Origin: Thermoproteota archaeon
GTDB taxonomy: Archaea; Korarchaeota; JAOZGF01; JAOZFZ01
Assembly: GCA_027492035.1 (NCBI GenBank)
Contig: JAOZFT010000020.1
Location: 75,071 to 139,070, forward strand
Direction of reading: 5' to 3'
Length of the DNA stretch: 64,000 nt
Below are positions 18,863-28,754 of the stretch, piece by piece. Within the stretch, counting starts at the first letter, position 1; every line of letters begins with the position of its first letter. The notes below the pieces were generated by a model. The model saw nothing but the letters and a program-made list of their open reading frames with translations. It did not search any database and had not been told where the DNA came from. The translations under genes and the position numbers were made by a program.

Positions 18863-19633
18863 GTGTTTAAGGTACCTATTAAAGAAAACGAGAAATTAAA
18901 AACTGTTGTTGACAGAATTAACAGCAACTCGAAAATTCAAACTCTCTGGAAAAGCGCAAACATTACAGCTATTGATAGACTTAACTTTACAGACCATGGG
19001 CCTACACATGCAAAGATTGTTTCAAACATTGCTTTAAGAATTTTTAGGATATTAAGCAAATACGGAATTGTTTCAAATATTGAAAAAGATTACGAATTAG
19101 CGAAGGAAGATGCTGAAATCGTCATTGTATTAGCTTCTGCTCTTCATGATATTGGAATGGCTGTACACAGAGTTAAACATTACTTTTTCAGTGTAGTTTT
19201 AGCTACTGACCTATTAAATGAAGTTCTTGAAGGAATTTACAGTGAAGAAGTGAAAACAATAATTTCGACAGAGGTTTTGCACGCAATTGTTTCTCATCAC
19301 CACGACATTCATCCTCTGACTTTGGAAGCGGGGATAGTGAGGGTTGCAGATGCTTTAGACATGGCTAAAGGAAGGGCAAGAATCCCTTTTGAAATAGGAA
19401 AAATAAGTATACATTCAGTTTCAGCATTATCTATTGAAGAAATAAAAATAGAAGAAGGTAAAGAGAAACCTGTAGAAATAAAAATTAAAATGAGCAATTC
19501 AAGCGGGATTTTTCAAGTGGATGAATTGTTAAAAAATAAAATCAGGAATTCAGGGCTTGAAAAATACTTACAAGTAAAGGCTGAAATAACAGCTGAAAAA
19601 GAAAAGAAAATAATTGATAAATTCACTCTTTAA
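18863..19633 (+). CDS. HD-domain phosphohydrolase (archaeal type)
   Basis: DHGPTH, LHDIG, SHH, VADALDM.KGRAR, IHSVSA. Confidence 0.85.
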   Translation: MFKVPIKENEKLKTVVDRINSNSKIQTLWKSANITAIDRLNFTDHGPTHAKIVSNIALRIFRILSKYGIVSNIEKDYELAKEDAEIVIVLASALHDIGMAVHRVKHYFFSVVLATDLLNEVLEGIYSEEVKTIISTEVLHAIVSHHHDIHPLTLEAGIVRVADALDMAKGRARIPFEIGKISIHSVSALSIEEIKIEEGKEKPVEIKIKMSNSSGIFQVDELLKNKIRNSGLEKYLQVKAEITAEKEKKIIDKFTL

Positions 19634-19893
19634 CCATGTACAACCAAATAAATTTTTGGAAGAAGGTTTGTGGAAAGTTTAAGTAATAACAGGAATATCT
19701 GCTTCCCTCATTGTTTCCCTATTTCAAAAAAGGCCTTTTTTGGGGAAGGTTAGTTATAGGACTTATGTTTGTGTTAAAAGTTCTTTGTCAAAGAAATGGG
19801 ATGTTTCTTGACACTTTTTCAAGTTTTGCCTCCCTTTATACCTTTTCTCACATGGATTAAGGAATGGTTAATGAAGGGGGATATTTTGCTGAG

Positions 19894-20937
19894 CTACTTG
19901 CTAATAGCCTCTTTCAGCGATTCAGGAAAAGGTTTTTTCAGAATTCCTTTTTCAGTAATTATCCCGGTCAATAGAGATGGGGGAGTAATGTCGAAAGCGT
20001 AATAAATAGCTTCAACTTTTTCGGGAGTTATTCTTTTCCCAAAAATTTCAGTTACTTCTTCGCTTGGCCTCTTTTCTATTTCCACATCCTTTATTTCCGA
20101 GCTTAGGTCTATAGTGCTTGTTGGAGCTACAGAATAGAAAGGTTTCTTGTTTTCTCTGCAGACTAAAGCTAAAGGGTAAGTTCCTATTTTATTTACAACG
20201 TATCCCTCCTTGGTTATTCTGTCAGCACCCACTAAAGCTAAATCAACTTTCTCTTTTTCTAAAATTATACCTATTGAGTTGTCAGTTATTACTTTAACGT
20301 TTATCCCCGCTTTTTGAAGCTCCCAAGCTGTTAACCTTGCTCCTTGAAGATACGGCCTTGTTTCCATAACTATAACATTTATTTCCTTTCCTTCTGACTT
20401 GGCAGTGTATATAGGTGATAAAACTGTACCGTAGTAGCTTGTGGCTAATGAACCTGCGTTACATACTGTTATTACTGTGTCTCCATCCCTAAGAATTTTG
20501 TTTCCATGTACACCAATCAATTTATTTGTTTCCTCATCTTCTAAAGTGATTTTTTTAGCCTCTTCAACAATTTTTTGCTTCATTTCCTCAACAGAAGAAC
20601 AATTTAAGGCTTGGTTATAGATCCTGTTTAAAGCCCAGAAAAGGTTTACGGCTGTGGGCCTTGTCTTCTCCAAAAACTTTTTGGCATTCTCCAATTCTTT
20701 CAAAGCATTTTTTAATTCATCTTCCTTGATTTGTAAAGCAGCTAAAGCTAAACCGTAAGCAGCAGCTACACCAAGTGCAGGGGCGCCTCTTATCTCCATT
20801 CTTTTTATAGCTTCACCCAACCTCCTATAATCTCTAGTTTCTATAAACTCAAGCTTCCAAGGCAGTTTTAACTGGTTAATCAATTTAACTTTACCGTCCA
20901 ACCACTCAATGGTTCTAGGAATTCCTAAATCCATTCC
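19894..20937 (-). CDS. mtnA: Methylthioribose-1-phosphate isomerase
   Basis: IRGAPA, RPTAVNL, CNAGSLAT, ETRP..QGARLT, GADR, NKIGT, FDITP. ATG start (MDLGIPRTIEW) preferred over the TTG at 20964. Confidence 0.88.
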   Translation of the reverse strand, partial: GMDLGIPRTIEWLDGKVKLINQLKLPWKLEFIETRDYRRLGEAIKRMEIRGAPALGVAAAYGLALAALQIKEDELKNALKELENAKKFLEKTRPTAVNLFWALNRIYNQALNCSSVEEMKQKIVEEAKKITLEDEETNKLIGVHGNKILRDGDTVITVCNAGSLATSYYGTVLSPIYTAKSEGKEINVIVMETRPYLQGARLTAWELQKAGINVKVITDNSIGIILEKEKVDLALVGADRITKEGYVVNKIGTYPLALVCRENKKPFYSVAPTSTIDLSSEIKDVEIEKRPSEEVTEIFGKRITPEKVEAIYYAFDITPPSLLTGIITEKGILKKPFPESLKEAISK

Positions 20938-21273
20938 TAAAAACCTCCAAAAATTTTTTGCCAACTCGAAACTTTCCCTTTTACAGTTCCTTCCTTCACA
21001 CCCTCCACAAAACCTGTGAGATTCTGAAAAATAAAAAAATCTGTAGATGGAAAACTTTTAAAAATGAATTTTTAAGTGGATGAAAAAGAAATCTTTAACA
21101 GTACATTAAATGTTAATTAAGAAACTGTTTAAAGTCAGATAAGAAGGAAGAACTTAGTTTAATGACTTAAGCAAATTTTTAGTAGAGTCCAGGCGCCATT
21201 TTTTAAAAAAGGTAATTCTTCTCTAAAGCCCCTATCCCCAGAGAATTTTTCCTGGTGAAAAGGTGAAAAATTT

Positions 21274-22257
21274 TTGAAAGTTTTAGTTACTGGTGCCTCA
21301 GGTTTCATAGGTCATTGCCTCAGTGAAAAATTGAGGCAAGAAGGCTACAATTTAGTTGCAGCGGTACGTAACGTAAAGAAACTTAAAGACATCAAGAACT
21401 TATTTTCAGAAGTTAGAGTTGTTGATTTCAGGAAAAAGGACACTATAAAAAATGTAACAAGGGATGTGGATTCTGTAATACATTTAGCTGCTCATTTCAA
21501 GTTTCACACTGAATGGCGTCTGCTTTACGAAACAAATTTTTTAGGCACTAAACACTTGGTTGAGGATGCTGCTAAGCATAAAGTGGAGAAATTTATTTAT
21601 ACAAGTTCAACTGAAGCCATTGGCCCAGTAGAAAACATACCTGCAACTGAAGACACACCATGCAACCCTTCCTACGACTATGGCAAATCAAAACTAATAA
21701 CTGAACAATACCTTAAAGAAAAAATGAAAGAGGGGTTCCCTGCAACAATTATTAGACCTACAGGAGTTTATGGACCCCGTGACAAATACGTCTCTTACCA
21801 AACAATTAAAGCAATAAACAATGGAAAACTGAGTTTCCTGCCCGGCAAAGGAGACAAATACATCCAATTCACTTACGTCGAAGACGTGGTTCAAGGTTTT
21901 GTCAAAGCTTTAGAAAATGAAAAAAGCACGGGAGAAACATACATAATTTCCAGTGACGATTACTACACTTACAAAGAGGCTTTTCAAGTGATTGCTTCAA
22001 TTTTAAAAGTTAAACCACCAGAAAAAACAATTCCTGTTTGGCTAGCTACATTTATTGTTGGAATAATAGAGTACATTAACAGGTTGAAAGGAGTTGAAGA
22101 TTTCGTTATGCACCGTTCCGTTGTCAGAGACATGCAAACAAACCGGGTTTACAGTAACGAAAAGGCAAAAAAGGAATTAGGTTACAAACCCCTTTACAAC
22201 CTTAGAAAGGGAATGCAGAAAACAATCCAATGGTACAGACAAAGAAACCTGCTTTAA
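21274..22257 (+). CDS. NAD-dependent epimerase/dehydratase (extended SDR)
   Basis: VTGASGFIG, HLAA, TSS, YGKSK, RPTGVYGP. Confidence 0.88.
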   Translation: MKVLVTGASGFIGHCLSEKLRQEGYNLVAAVRNVKKLKDIKNLFSEVRVVDFRKKDTIKNVTRDVDSVIHLAAHFKFHTEWRLLYETNFLGTKHLVEDAAKHKVEKFIYTSSTEAIGPVENIPATEDTPCNPSYDYGKSKLITEQYLKEKMKEGFPATIIRPTGVYGPRDKYVSYQTIKAINNGKLSFLPGKGDKYIQFTYVEDVVQGFVKALENEKSTGETYIISSDDYYTYKEAFQVIASILKVKPPEKTIPVWLATFIVGIIEYINRLKGVEDFVMHRSVVRDMQTNRVYSNEKAKKELGYKPLYNLRKGMQKTIQWYRQRNLL

Positions 22258-22387
22258 TCTATCTCCACAAAGATCAAAGCTTAACTATCCGAGGATTCAC
22301 AATGAATTTACGGCCAATAGAAAAGAGAAAATAAATTTTAAACATAATACGTCATAATTTGAGGTGGTTTTGTAGTGAATATGTTAA

Positions 22388-22625
22388 ATGGTGAGTGAGA
22401 GAGAAATCCTAAAGACTTACATTTCTATGTCTTAACATATTGAAATAGTGAGTAGGTTGAAGGTAACTGGGTCAAATATAAATGTAACAGTTAAAAAGGT
22501 TAGAAAGAAAAATTCTTAATTTACAGAATGTTTTGGAGACAGCTGAAGAACTAGGATTAATAAAGGTGCCAGATGGAAAAATGGTGCTAACAGAGGAGGG
22601 GAAAAAGTTTTTAAGTTTACATTGA
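22388..22625 (+). pseudogene. Possible decayed small HTH/winged-helix protein
   Basis: MVSEREILKTYISMS*HIEIVSRLKVT, then after a frameshift LETAEELGLIK..DGKMVLTEEGKKFL, a wHTH wing-like ending. Confidence 0.3.
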
Positions 22626-23436
22626 AAGGGTTTAGGATAAGATCGTGATTTAATGACCTTTATTGGACTGTTCATTTTAAATAGCTTGGCATTGATAAGA
22701 ATCTACTGACATAATCTATTATTCATTTTTGTTTCTTATTACTATCCTAAAGAAGAGGTATGCATCCCTATCAGCTAAAACCCTGATTGTTTCCTTTATC
22801 AAACCTGGAACTTACTCTCTGGGGATTTTAAAGACTTCTTTCCTTTCCTCTAAATCTTCATGTTTTTCAGGTGTCTTGATTCAGCTCCACCTGGTTTTTC
22901 TTCATCTACTATTTTCAATTTCACTAATGTAGAATTATTTCTGGTCACTTATCAAACTATTTCCTGTTTAAAGGTGAACAACTCTGTTATAAACAAACTT
23001 TTCTTGCTCATTTAATTGTAGAGGTTACTTGAATCCTTATGGTTGTCTCAAGCTCTGGAAGAGTAATAACAGTTGTTGAAGTTGGAGAGTGAGGAGTTAG
23101 AGGGAGATGAGATTAAGGCTAGAAACATACATTCATGTTTGTTAGGGTTTTTGTTTATTTTTCTCGAGTAGAGGGGTGAAGCGATGGATTTTTCCAGGCA
23201 GGGGTTTGGTGAAGTGAGTTTATGGGTTTAATGTGTTGGGAGTTAATTATTTCGGTTTCCTTTTCGGTGCAGGTTAAAAACAGTTTTCTGGTCTTTCTGG
23301 CGGGGTTCAGTACCTTTTTTGTGGATGAATTTTTCAGGTTTAATTTTTGGAAGGATTGAAAATCCTTACCTTATTTACTGAAAATAAATAATTTTTAAAT
23401 AAGGGTGAAGACATCATTTAATTCGGGAAAACGGAA

Positions 23437-25275
23437 ATGTGTAAAGGATTAAATAAGAGACTTATCAGGATTCTCTATGTTGATGATGAAAAAGATTTTC
23501 TTGTCATTGCTAAGCGTTTCTTGGAGAAGAAGTGGGGAGGCAGGTTCCAAGTTACTTCAGCCTCTTCTGTTGAAGAAGCTTACGAAAAAATCAAGGAGAA
23601 AAGATTTGATGTAATAGTTGCCGATTATGTTATGCCTGGGAAAAGTGGTTTAGATTTTCTGAAAGAATTTAGGGAGAAAGACAAGTTAACCCCTTTCATT
23701 CTTTTCACTGGGAGAGGAGGGGAGGAAACTGTTATAAAAGCTTGGAGATTTGGTGCTGATGGGTATGTTAAAAAGGGAACTGATCTTGAAAACATGTTTT
23801 CTGAACTGGTTGACAACATTGAAAGAGCTCTTGAGAGAAATATTTTGCGTAAATATGTTGATAATGCAGATGTTATTTTAAGTATGATTGGTTCAGACTT
23901 TAAAGTATGGTTCATAAATAAGAGGGGCTGTGAAATTTTAGGCATTGAACCAGAGGAAATAGTGGGTAAAGACCCAACTCTATTTATCCCTGAACAATTT
24001 AGGGATGAAGTAGTGAATGTTTTTGAAAGGTTGTTGGCAGGGGAGGAAGATGAATCTCTGAAGTACAGAGAAAACCCTCTCTTTACAAAGGATGGTGAAG
24101 AGAAATGGTTTACTTGGCGTAACATCGTTTTAAGAGACTCTGAAGGCAGACCTATAGGGATACTAAGTTCAGGCAGGGAAATAACAGAATACAAAAAAGC
24201 ACAGCGTGAACTTAAGGAATTAATGGAGCAGTACAGACGCGTTTTTCAAGGTCTCAGGGATGAAATTTATATTGTGGACCAAAACGGCCAAATACTGGAA
24301 ACAAACGATAAAGCATGTTTGGAAACAGGTTTCACGGAAAAAGAATTGTTGGACATGAAGATTTGGGAAATAAATGAGGGAATGACTGAAAAAGATTGGT
24401 TAGCTTTGAAGAGGAAGATTGATGAAAAAGATAAGGATGGGTTTGTTTTTGAAACTAAACATAAAAGGAAGGATGGGTCAATTTATTGGGTGGAGGTAAG
24501 TAGTCAACCGATAATTTATAGAGGGAAGAAAGCTTATTTAGGAGTTAATAGGAACATTTCTGAAAGGAAGGAAGCAGAGGAAAGGTTGGAAGAATTTACT
24601 TACATGGTTTCACATGAATTAAACGCTCCTTTAAGAAGTATAGTGGCTTATGCAACTTTCCTTTTAGAGGATTATAGTGATAAACTGGATGAGCAGGGTA
24701 AGAAGTATCTTGAAAGGCTGAAAGAGAACTCTCTCCGTTTACAAGAAATGATTAAGGATTTGTTAACTTTATCTAGGGTTGGTAGGGGAGCTGTAGAGTT
24801 TGAAAAAGTGGATTTAAACCAGTTAGTTGATGAAGTGAGGGAGTCACTTGGAGAAAGTAGAGGTGAAGTTATTTACAGCAATTTGCCGACGATAGAGGCT
24901 TCAAGGGTTCAAATGAAACAGTTATTTCAGAACTTGATAGATAACGGTTTAAAATTTAATGAATCAAAAAAACCTGTCGTGAAAATAGAGTGCAAAGTAG
25001 AAGGGGAAATGTACCACTTCAAAGTAATAGATAACGGCATAGGAATAAGGAAAGAGAATCAGGAAAAGATTTTTAAACCATTTACTAGGTTGCATCCTTT
25101 AAAGTATAAAGGAACGGGTATAGGTCTCTCAATTTGTAAAAAGATAGTTGAAACACTTGGGGGAAAAATATGGGTTGAAAGTGAACCTAACAAGGGGTCT
25201 GTTTTCCATTTCACTCTACCTAAGAAGAAACATAGTGAAGGAACCCCTCCAAAACTTTTCATCAAAGAGTCTTGA
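23437..25275 (+). CDS. Hybrid sensor histidine kinase (REC-PAS-PAS-HisKA-HATPase)
   Basis: ILYVDDE, ADYVMPGKSG; two PAS/PAC segments; H-box SHELNAPL; NLIDNGLKF, DNGIGI, GTGIGLSIC. Confidence 0.92.
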   Translation: MCKGLNKRLIRILYVDDEKDFLVIAKRFLEKKWGGRFQVTSASSVEEAYEKIKEKRFDVIVADYVMPGKSGLDFLKEFREKDKLTPFILFTGRGGEETVIKAWRFGADGYVKKGTDLENMFSELVDNIERALERNILRKYVDNADVILSMIGSDFKVWFINKRGCEILGIEPEEIVGKDPTLFIPEQFRDEVVNVFERLLAGEEDESLKYRENPLFTKDGEEKWFTWRNIVLRDSEGRPIGILSSGREITEYKKAQRELKELMEQYRRVFQGLRDEIYIVDQNGQILETNDKACLETGFTEKELLDMKIWEINEGMTEKDWLALKRKIDEKDKDGFVFETKHKRKDGSIYWVEVSSQPIIYRGKKAYLGVNRNISERKEAEERLEEFTYMVSHELNAPLRSIVAYATFLLEDYSDKLDEQGKKYLERLKENSLRLQEMIKDLLTLSRVGRGAVEFEKVDLNQLVDEVRESLGESRGEVIYSNLPTIEASRVQMKQLFQNLIDNGLKFNESKKPVVKIECKVEGEMYHFKVIDNGIGIRKENQEKIFKPFTRLHPLKYKGTGIGLSICKKIVETLGGKIWVESEPNKGSVFHFTLPKKKHSEGTPPKLFIKES

Positions 25276-25298
25276 ATTTATTCCTTACCTCTTATTTC

Positions 25299-27326
25299 CT
25301 AAACTTTTACGCTTGTGACCTTTAATAATTCCCTTCTTTGCTCAGCCATCTTTTTCCAAGCTTCGCTTGCAGGCTGAGAAGCTTTTTCAGGGAAAACATC
25401 CACTTTTGTTTCAAGTAAGATCGGGAAGGGGGCTGTTATTCCTAAACCGAAACCTAATGCTTCATGAGTAGCTAAACCTGAAAGGTAACGCTTCATGTAG
25501 TTTCCACCATACTCAGTATACCTTATTACAGCATCTTGATCATTTCCTGATTTTAACCTGAAACACAGCACAGTGTTACATTGCGATATAACTGAGTTAT
25601 GGACGAGAAAGTATCCTTCACCTGCCAAGTACCTGTTTGAGGTTGTTTGCAGGTCGTAAACTATTTTCACTCTTCTTTCATTTATTTTTTCAACCTCTGA
25701 AAAAGATACTTCACTATTTTTCAGCCTCAAAATTTTCATTCCCTTCTTCACATTTGAAGCAAGTGTTTCCTTTACTTGGTTTCTGGACAGTATGTAAAGT
25801 TTATGTTTCGGGGTGCATTCTATTCTGAAGCCATCTTTTGTTTCAATGTCTAAAACCAAGTTTTTCTCCTTCTTTTTCATTAAAGCCTGAACAACAGCCT
25901 CTTTTACAGCAAGTTCTTTGTTTATGTAGGGCAATGTTAATTGACGGCTTGGGAAAAGTATTTCTTCGTTACCAACTTTAACCCTTTCACTATACTGTTT
26001 AACTTCCTCAAACAATTCCTTAATTGGAACCAGTTTGTCTTGTAAAATTATTTCTGTATGTTCTGGTACACATTTTGAGACATACGCGGGTCTTTGGGTG
26101 ACAACTACAAAACCTATGTTGTAGCCTCCTGCTTGGCTGATTGCTTCAATAAAAACTTTATCTACTTTTGTTGCTGAGGGGGAGCCAAGTATGGGGGCTG
26201 TTTTTTCAGGTATAAAGTATTGGGCTTCTTCAACAACCAAAATAACAGCGAAATCTCCCTCTTTCCTTCTTTTGATGCCGTACCTAACTATTTTCTTTAT
26301 TATTTCACGTGTTGTAATGTATTGGTCGTCTAAATTTGAGTCTAGAGAGTAATCAATCACTACCACAGGTTCCTTGTAAATCATTTCAATAATGTCTAAT
26401 TCCTTCTCTTTCTTCTTTTTCAGGAACCCTCCCTTAACTTTTAAAGTCCACTCTAGGTAATCCAAGTCTTTTTCGCTGTTTCTTTTGCTCATTGAGTAAC
26501 TTAATTCACTAGCAACTGTTAAAAGGTTTTTAGGTGTTAACTCCATTTTCCTGTTTAAAACTTCAATCACTGAGTCCCTAACTAACTTACCTACAGAAGT
26601 GTTTTTGTTTAAGCCAAGCCTGTCAACTACCACGTACGGCTCTAAAACTTCGTTTTTTGGAAGAAAGCACCGGTAAGAAAAAACTTTAGCACCGAACCGG
26701 CTTAACACTCCATACTCTCCCCTTCTGTCTAACACAACAAACCTTGGGGGAGGGTCAAAAGTTTCCATTGAATTTTTTATCATGTTTACGACAAAACTGG
26801 ATTTTCCTGACCTGGTCATTCCAGCTATGAACAAGTGGCCTTTAGCCACAGCTCCCAGGTCCAAGTAAATAGGTATGTCGAAGGAAACGGTTTTCCCAAT
26901 AGGTAAGTAAACTCCGTCTTTGTTAAGGTTCCCTTTGCCAAGTAATTTATTTAATAACTCCTTTGAAGGCTCGTAAACTAAAGCCCAGGTGGAAGGCACT
27001 GTTTCAAGTGACCTAAACTTTTTGTTTTCGTTGTCGTAGTAACCTAAAGGTTCAGCTAAGGCTACAAAGTACTCTATGTGTTTTCCATGTATAAAATTTA
27101 TTCCTCTGCTTCCAGCTAAGGGTCCAGCTGACCCTATTTTCATTTCTGGGTTGTAGGGGTAAGAATCAAAAACCCTCAGCAAAACATAGCAGGGGTGAGT
27201 TAAGGAGTGTTTAAGGGGATGTTCAATTAAGTAGTAACCTCCAATTCTTACCTTCTTTCCTTTCAGAACCACAAAGTAAATTTCATCTATTGTGGAGCCT
27301 GAAAGGATTCTTCCGATCTGTTTCAT
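25299..27326 (-). CDS. HerA/DUF87-family ATPase (HAS barrel plus P-loop) containing an intein
   Basis: HLFIAGMTRSGKS (Walker A), LDRRGEY, VVEEAQ (Walker B), TQRP...SQCNT split by the intein; 516 aa after splicing. Confidence 0.88.
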   Translation of the reverse strand: MKQIGRILSGSTIDEIYFVVLKGKKVRIGGYYLIEHPLKHSLTHPCYVLLRVFDSYPYNPEMKIGSAGPLAGSRGINFIHGKHIEYFVALAEPLGYYDNENKKFRSLETVPSTWALVYEPSKELLNKLLGKGNLNKDGVYLPIGKTVSFDIPIYLDLGAVAKGHLFIAGMTRSGKSSFVVNMIKNSMETFDPPPRFVVLDRRGEYGVLSRFGAKVFSYRCFLPKNEVLEPYVVVDRLGLNKNTSVGKLVRDSVIEVLNRKMELTPKNLLTVASELSYSMSKRNSEKDLDYLEWTLKVKGGFLKKKKEKELDIIEMIYKEPVVVIDYSLDSNLDDQYITTREIIKKIVRYGIKRRKEGDFAVILVVEEAQYFIPEKTAPILGSPSATKVDKVFIEAISQAGGYNIGFVVVTQRPAYVSKCVPEHTEIILQDKLVPIKELFEEVKQYSERVKVGNEEILFPSRQLTLPYINKELAVKEAVVQALMKKKEKNLVLDIETKDGFRIECTPKHKLYILSRNQVKETLASNVKKGMKILRLKNSEVSFSEVEKINERRVKIVYDLQTTSNRYLAGEGYFLVHNSVISQCNTVLCFRLKSGNDQDAVIRYTEYGGNYMKRYLSGLATHEALGFGLGITAPFPILLETKVDVFPEKASQPASEAWKKMAEQRRELLKVTSVKV
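25596..26072 (-). mobile_element. Mini-intein (159 aa, Hint domain, no homing endonuclease)
   Basis: Starts CVPEHT, block B IECTPKH (TxxH), block F VYDLQT, ends LVHN followed by Ser. Removal restores TQRPAYVSK-SVISQCNT. Confidence 0.93.
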
Positions 27327-28488
27327 CTACATTTTCACCCCTCACTTTTTCACCGAAGTGCAAATCAAGCAAATCCAAGTCCTTAAGTGAAAAATTCCCT
27401 TCCTCTATTTCGTTAATCAATTCTGAATACAGGGATAAGTATCCCGTGGATACTGCTTCGTCTGTGAGTTTAGATAATGCATCTGCTTCATATATTGGAT
27501 AAGGTAGGCCAGTTAAAGGATCTGATACACCTATTAAAGACGAAACTATTTTATTGAAGCTTTTTAAGAGGTAACTGGGAAACTCAACTCTGTAAACTTT
27601 GTTCTCAACTGTTTTTATGTAGAAAGCGTAAATATTTGCGGCCCCTCTTTCCCCAACCGATTTACCTTTGTAAACATTGCTCATTAACCCTCTTACTTTG
27701 AAAGGGGGAGTGTACTCCCCTTTCTTTAAAACAGGGTTCAACAGGCTCACATCTGGTACAGCAACTCTGTGGAAACCTTTTGAAGTAAACGGAATCTCAG
27801 AAAGCAATTTCTTTGAGTAATGTGTACTTCTACATCTTTTGATGAAACCTATTAAGCCTATGTTTCTTTCTTCGCACTCTTTAATTAAGGAAACAGCTGA
27901 AGAAACTGTTTCCTTAAATAATTCAAGGTAATCAACTGAAGAATAAATTTTGTTTGGGTAATAAACATTGTTTATCAGTAAAGATCCGTCGAAGAAGAGA
28001 ATGTCAGGCTTACATTCCTCAATTAACTTTTTTGCTAATTTAAACTGAAAATAGAAACCCAATAAACCAGCCCTTAACTTAGGAAATTTTTCAGTAACCC
28101 ATATGTCATTGTTGAGGAATGTAATTACCAAGGGCTCTCTAATCAGCTTGAAATCTTTAAAAACAACACCTACAGCTTTTATTGAGGGAAGAAAACCTGA
28201 AACTAAATTTAAACCACTTACACCAGTATCAACACCTGCAAAAACCCCTTTAGAATTCTTTCTCTTAACTTTACCAACATTAACTCTCTCCTTCAAAACC
28301 TCAATTAAATACTTCCTTTGAGAGGCTAACTCCTTCAAACGCAACAAAATTTTCTGGTAATTGTTTACAGGTTCCTCAAGGCTGCTAAACAGTCCTGAAA
28401 CCTCAATTAAAGGTCTAACTCTGCGCTTAACAGAAGTCTCAAAATAGTTCTCGATCACTTCTTTACTTAACGCTGCTTGCGGAATCAT
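27283..28488 (-). CDS. NurA-family nuclease (RNase H fold)
   Basis: AGVDTG, FFDGSL, GFIKR, YRVEFP, GLPYPIYEAD; overlaps the start of the HerA gene by 44 nt. Confidence 0.82.
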   Translation of the reverse strand: MIPQAALSKEVIENYFETSVKRRVRPLIEVSGLFSSLEEPVNNYQKILLRLKELASQRKYLIEVLKERVNVGKVKRKNSKGVFAGVDTGVSGLNLVSGFLPSIKAVGVVFKDFKLIREPLVITFLNNDIWVTEKFPKLRAGLLGFYFQFKLAKKLIEECKPDILFFDGSLLINNVYYPNKIYSSVDYLELFKETVSSAVSLIKECEERNIGLIGFIKRCRSTHYSKKLLSEIPFTSKGFHRVAVPDVSLLNPVLKKGEYTPPFKVRGLMSNVYKGKSVGERGAANIYAFYIKTVENKVYRVEFPSYLLKSFNKIVSSLIGVSDPLTGLPYPIYEADALSKLTDEAVSTGYLSLYSELINEIEEGNFSLKDLDLLDLHFGEKVRGENVDETDRKNPFRLHNR

Positions 28489-28519
28489 GAAGAGTACACC
28501 AGAAAAGAAGCATATTTTT

Positions 28520-28536
28520 TCATATTTTAAATATGA
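28520..28536. promoter_or_regulatory. Inverted repeat TCATATTT-T-AAATATGA over the putative nurA TATA box
   Basis: Perfect 8-bp arms 32-48 bp upstream of the nurA start; AT-rich, so chance cannot be excluded. Confidence 0.35.
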
Positions 28537-28730
28537 CTTATTAATTGTAGAGAGGGAGTTGTTTAAATTGTTAAAAAAGAAGTATTTAAGCTTTTCTCAT
28601 TTTTACATGTTTTTTCCAAGAAAAATTTTTTACCAAGAAAAAAAAGATCTAGAAGAACATTTTTTTGCTTGAATGAAAAAGAAAAAACTTAATCAAGAAA
28701 AATTTTTAAGTATAAAAGAAATAAATTTAT

Positions 28731-28754
28731 ATATCCAAAAAATTTTCTGGATAT
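28731..28754. promoter_or_regulatory. 24-bp near-perfect palindrome ATATCCAAAAAATTTTCTGGATAT, candidate operator
   Basis: 11 of 12 positions complementary; lies between a TATA-like TTTTTAAGTA (about 28703) and the in-frame TTG at 28754. Confidence 0.5.

Noticed and set aside
23625-24194. 189-aa minus-strand ORF
   Set aside because: Antisense shadow of the histidine kinase. The many other short ORFs overlapping confident genes were rejected for the same reason.
28673-28753. N-terminal extension of the CARF-HTH ORF in the track
   Set aside because: It spans the TATA-like box and palindrome; the TTG at 28754 fits better.
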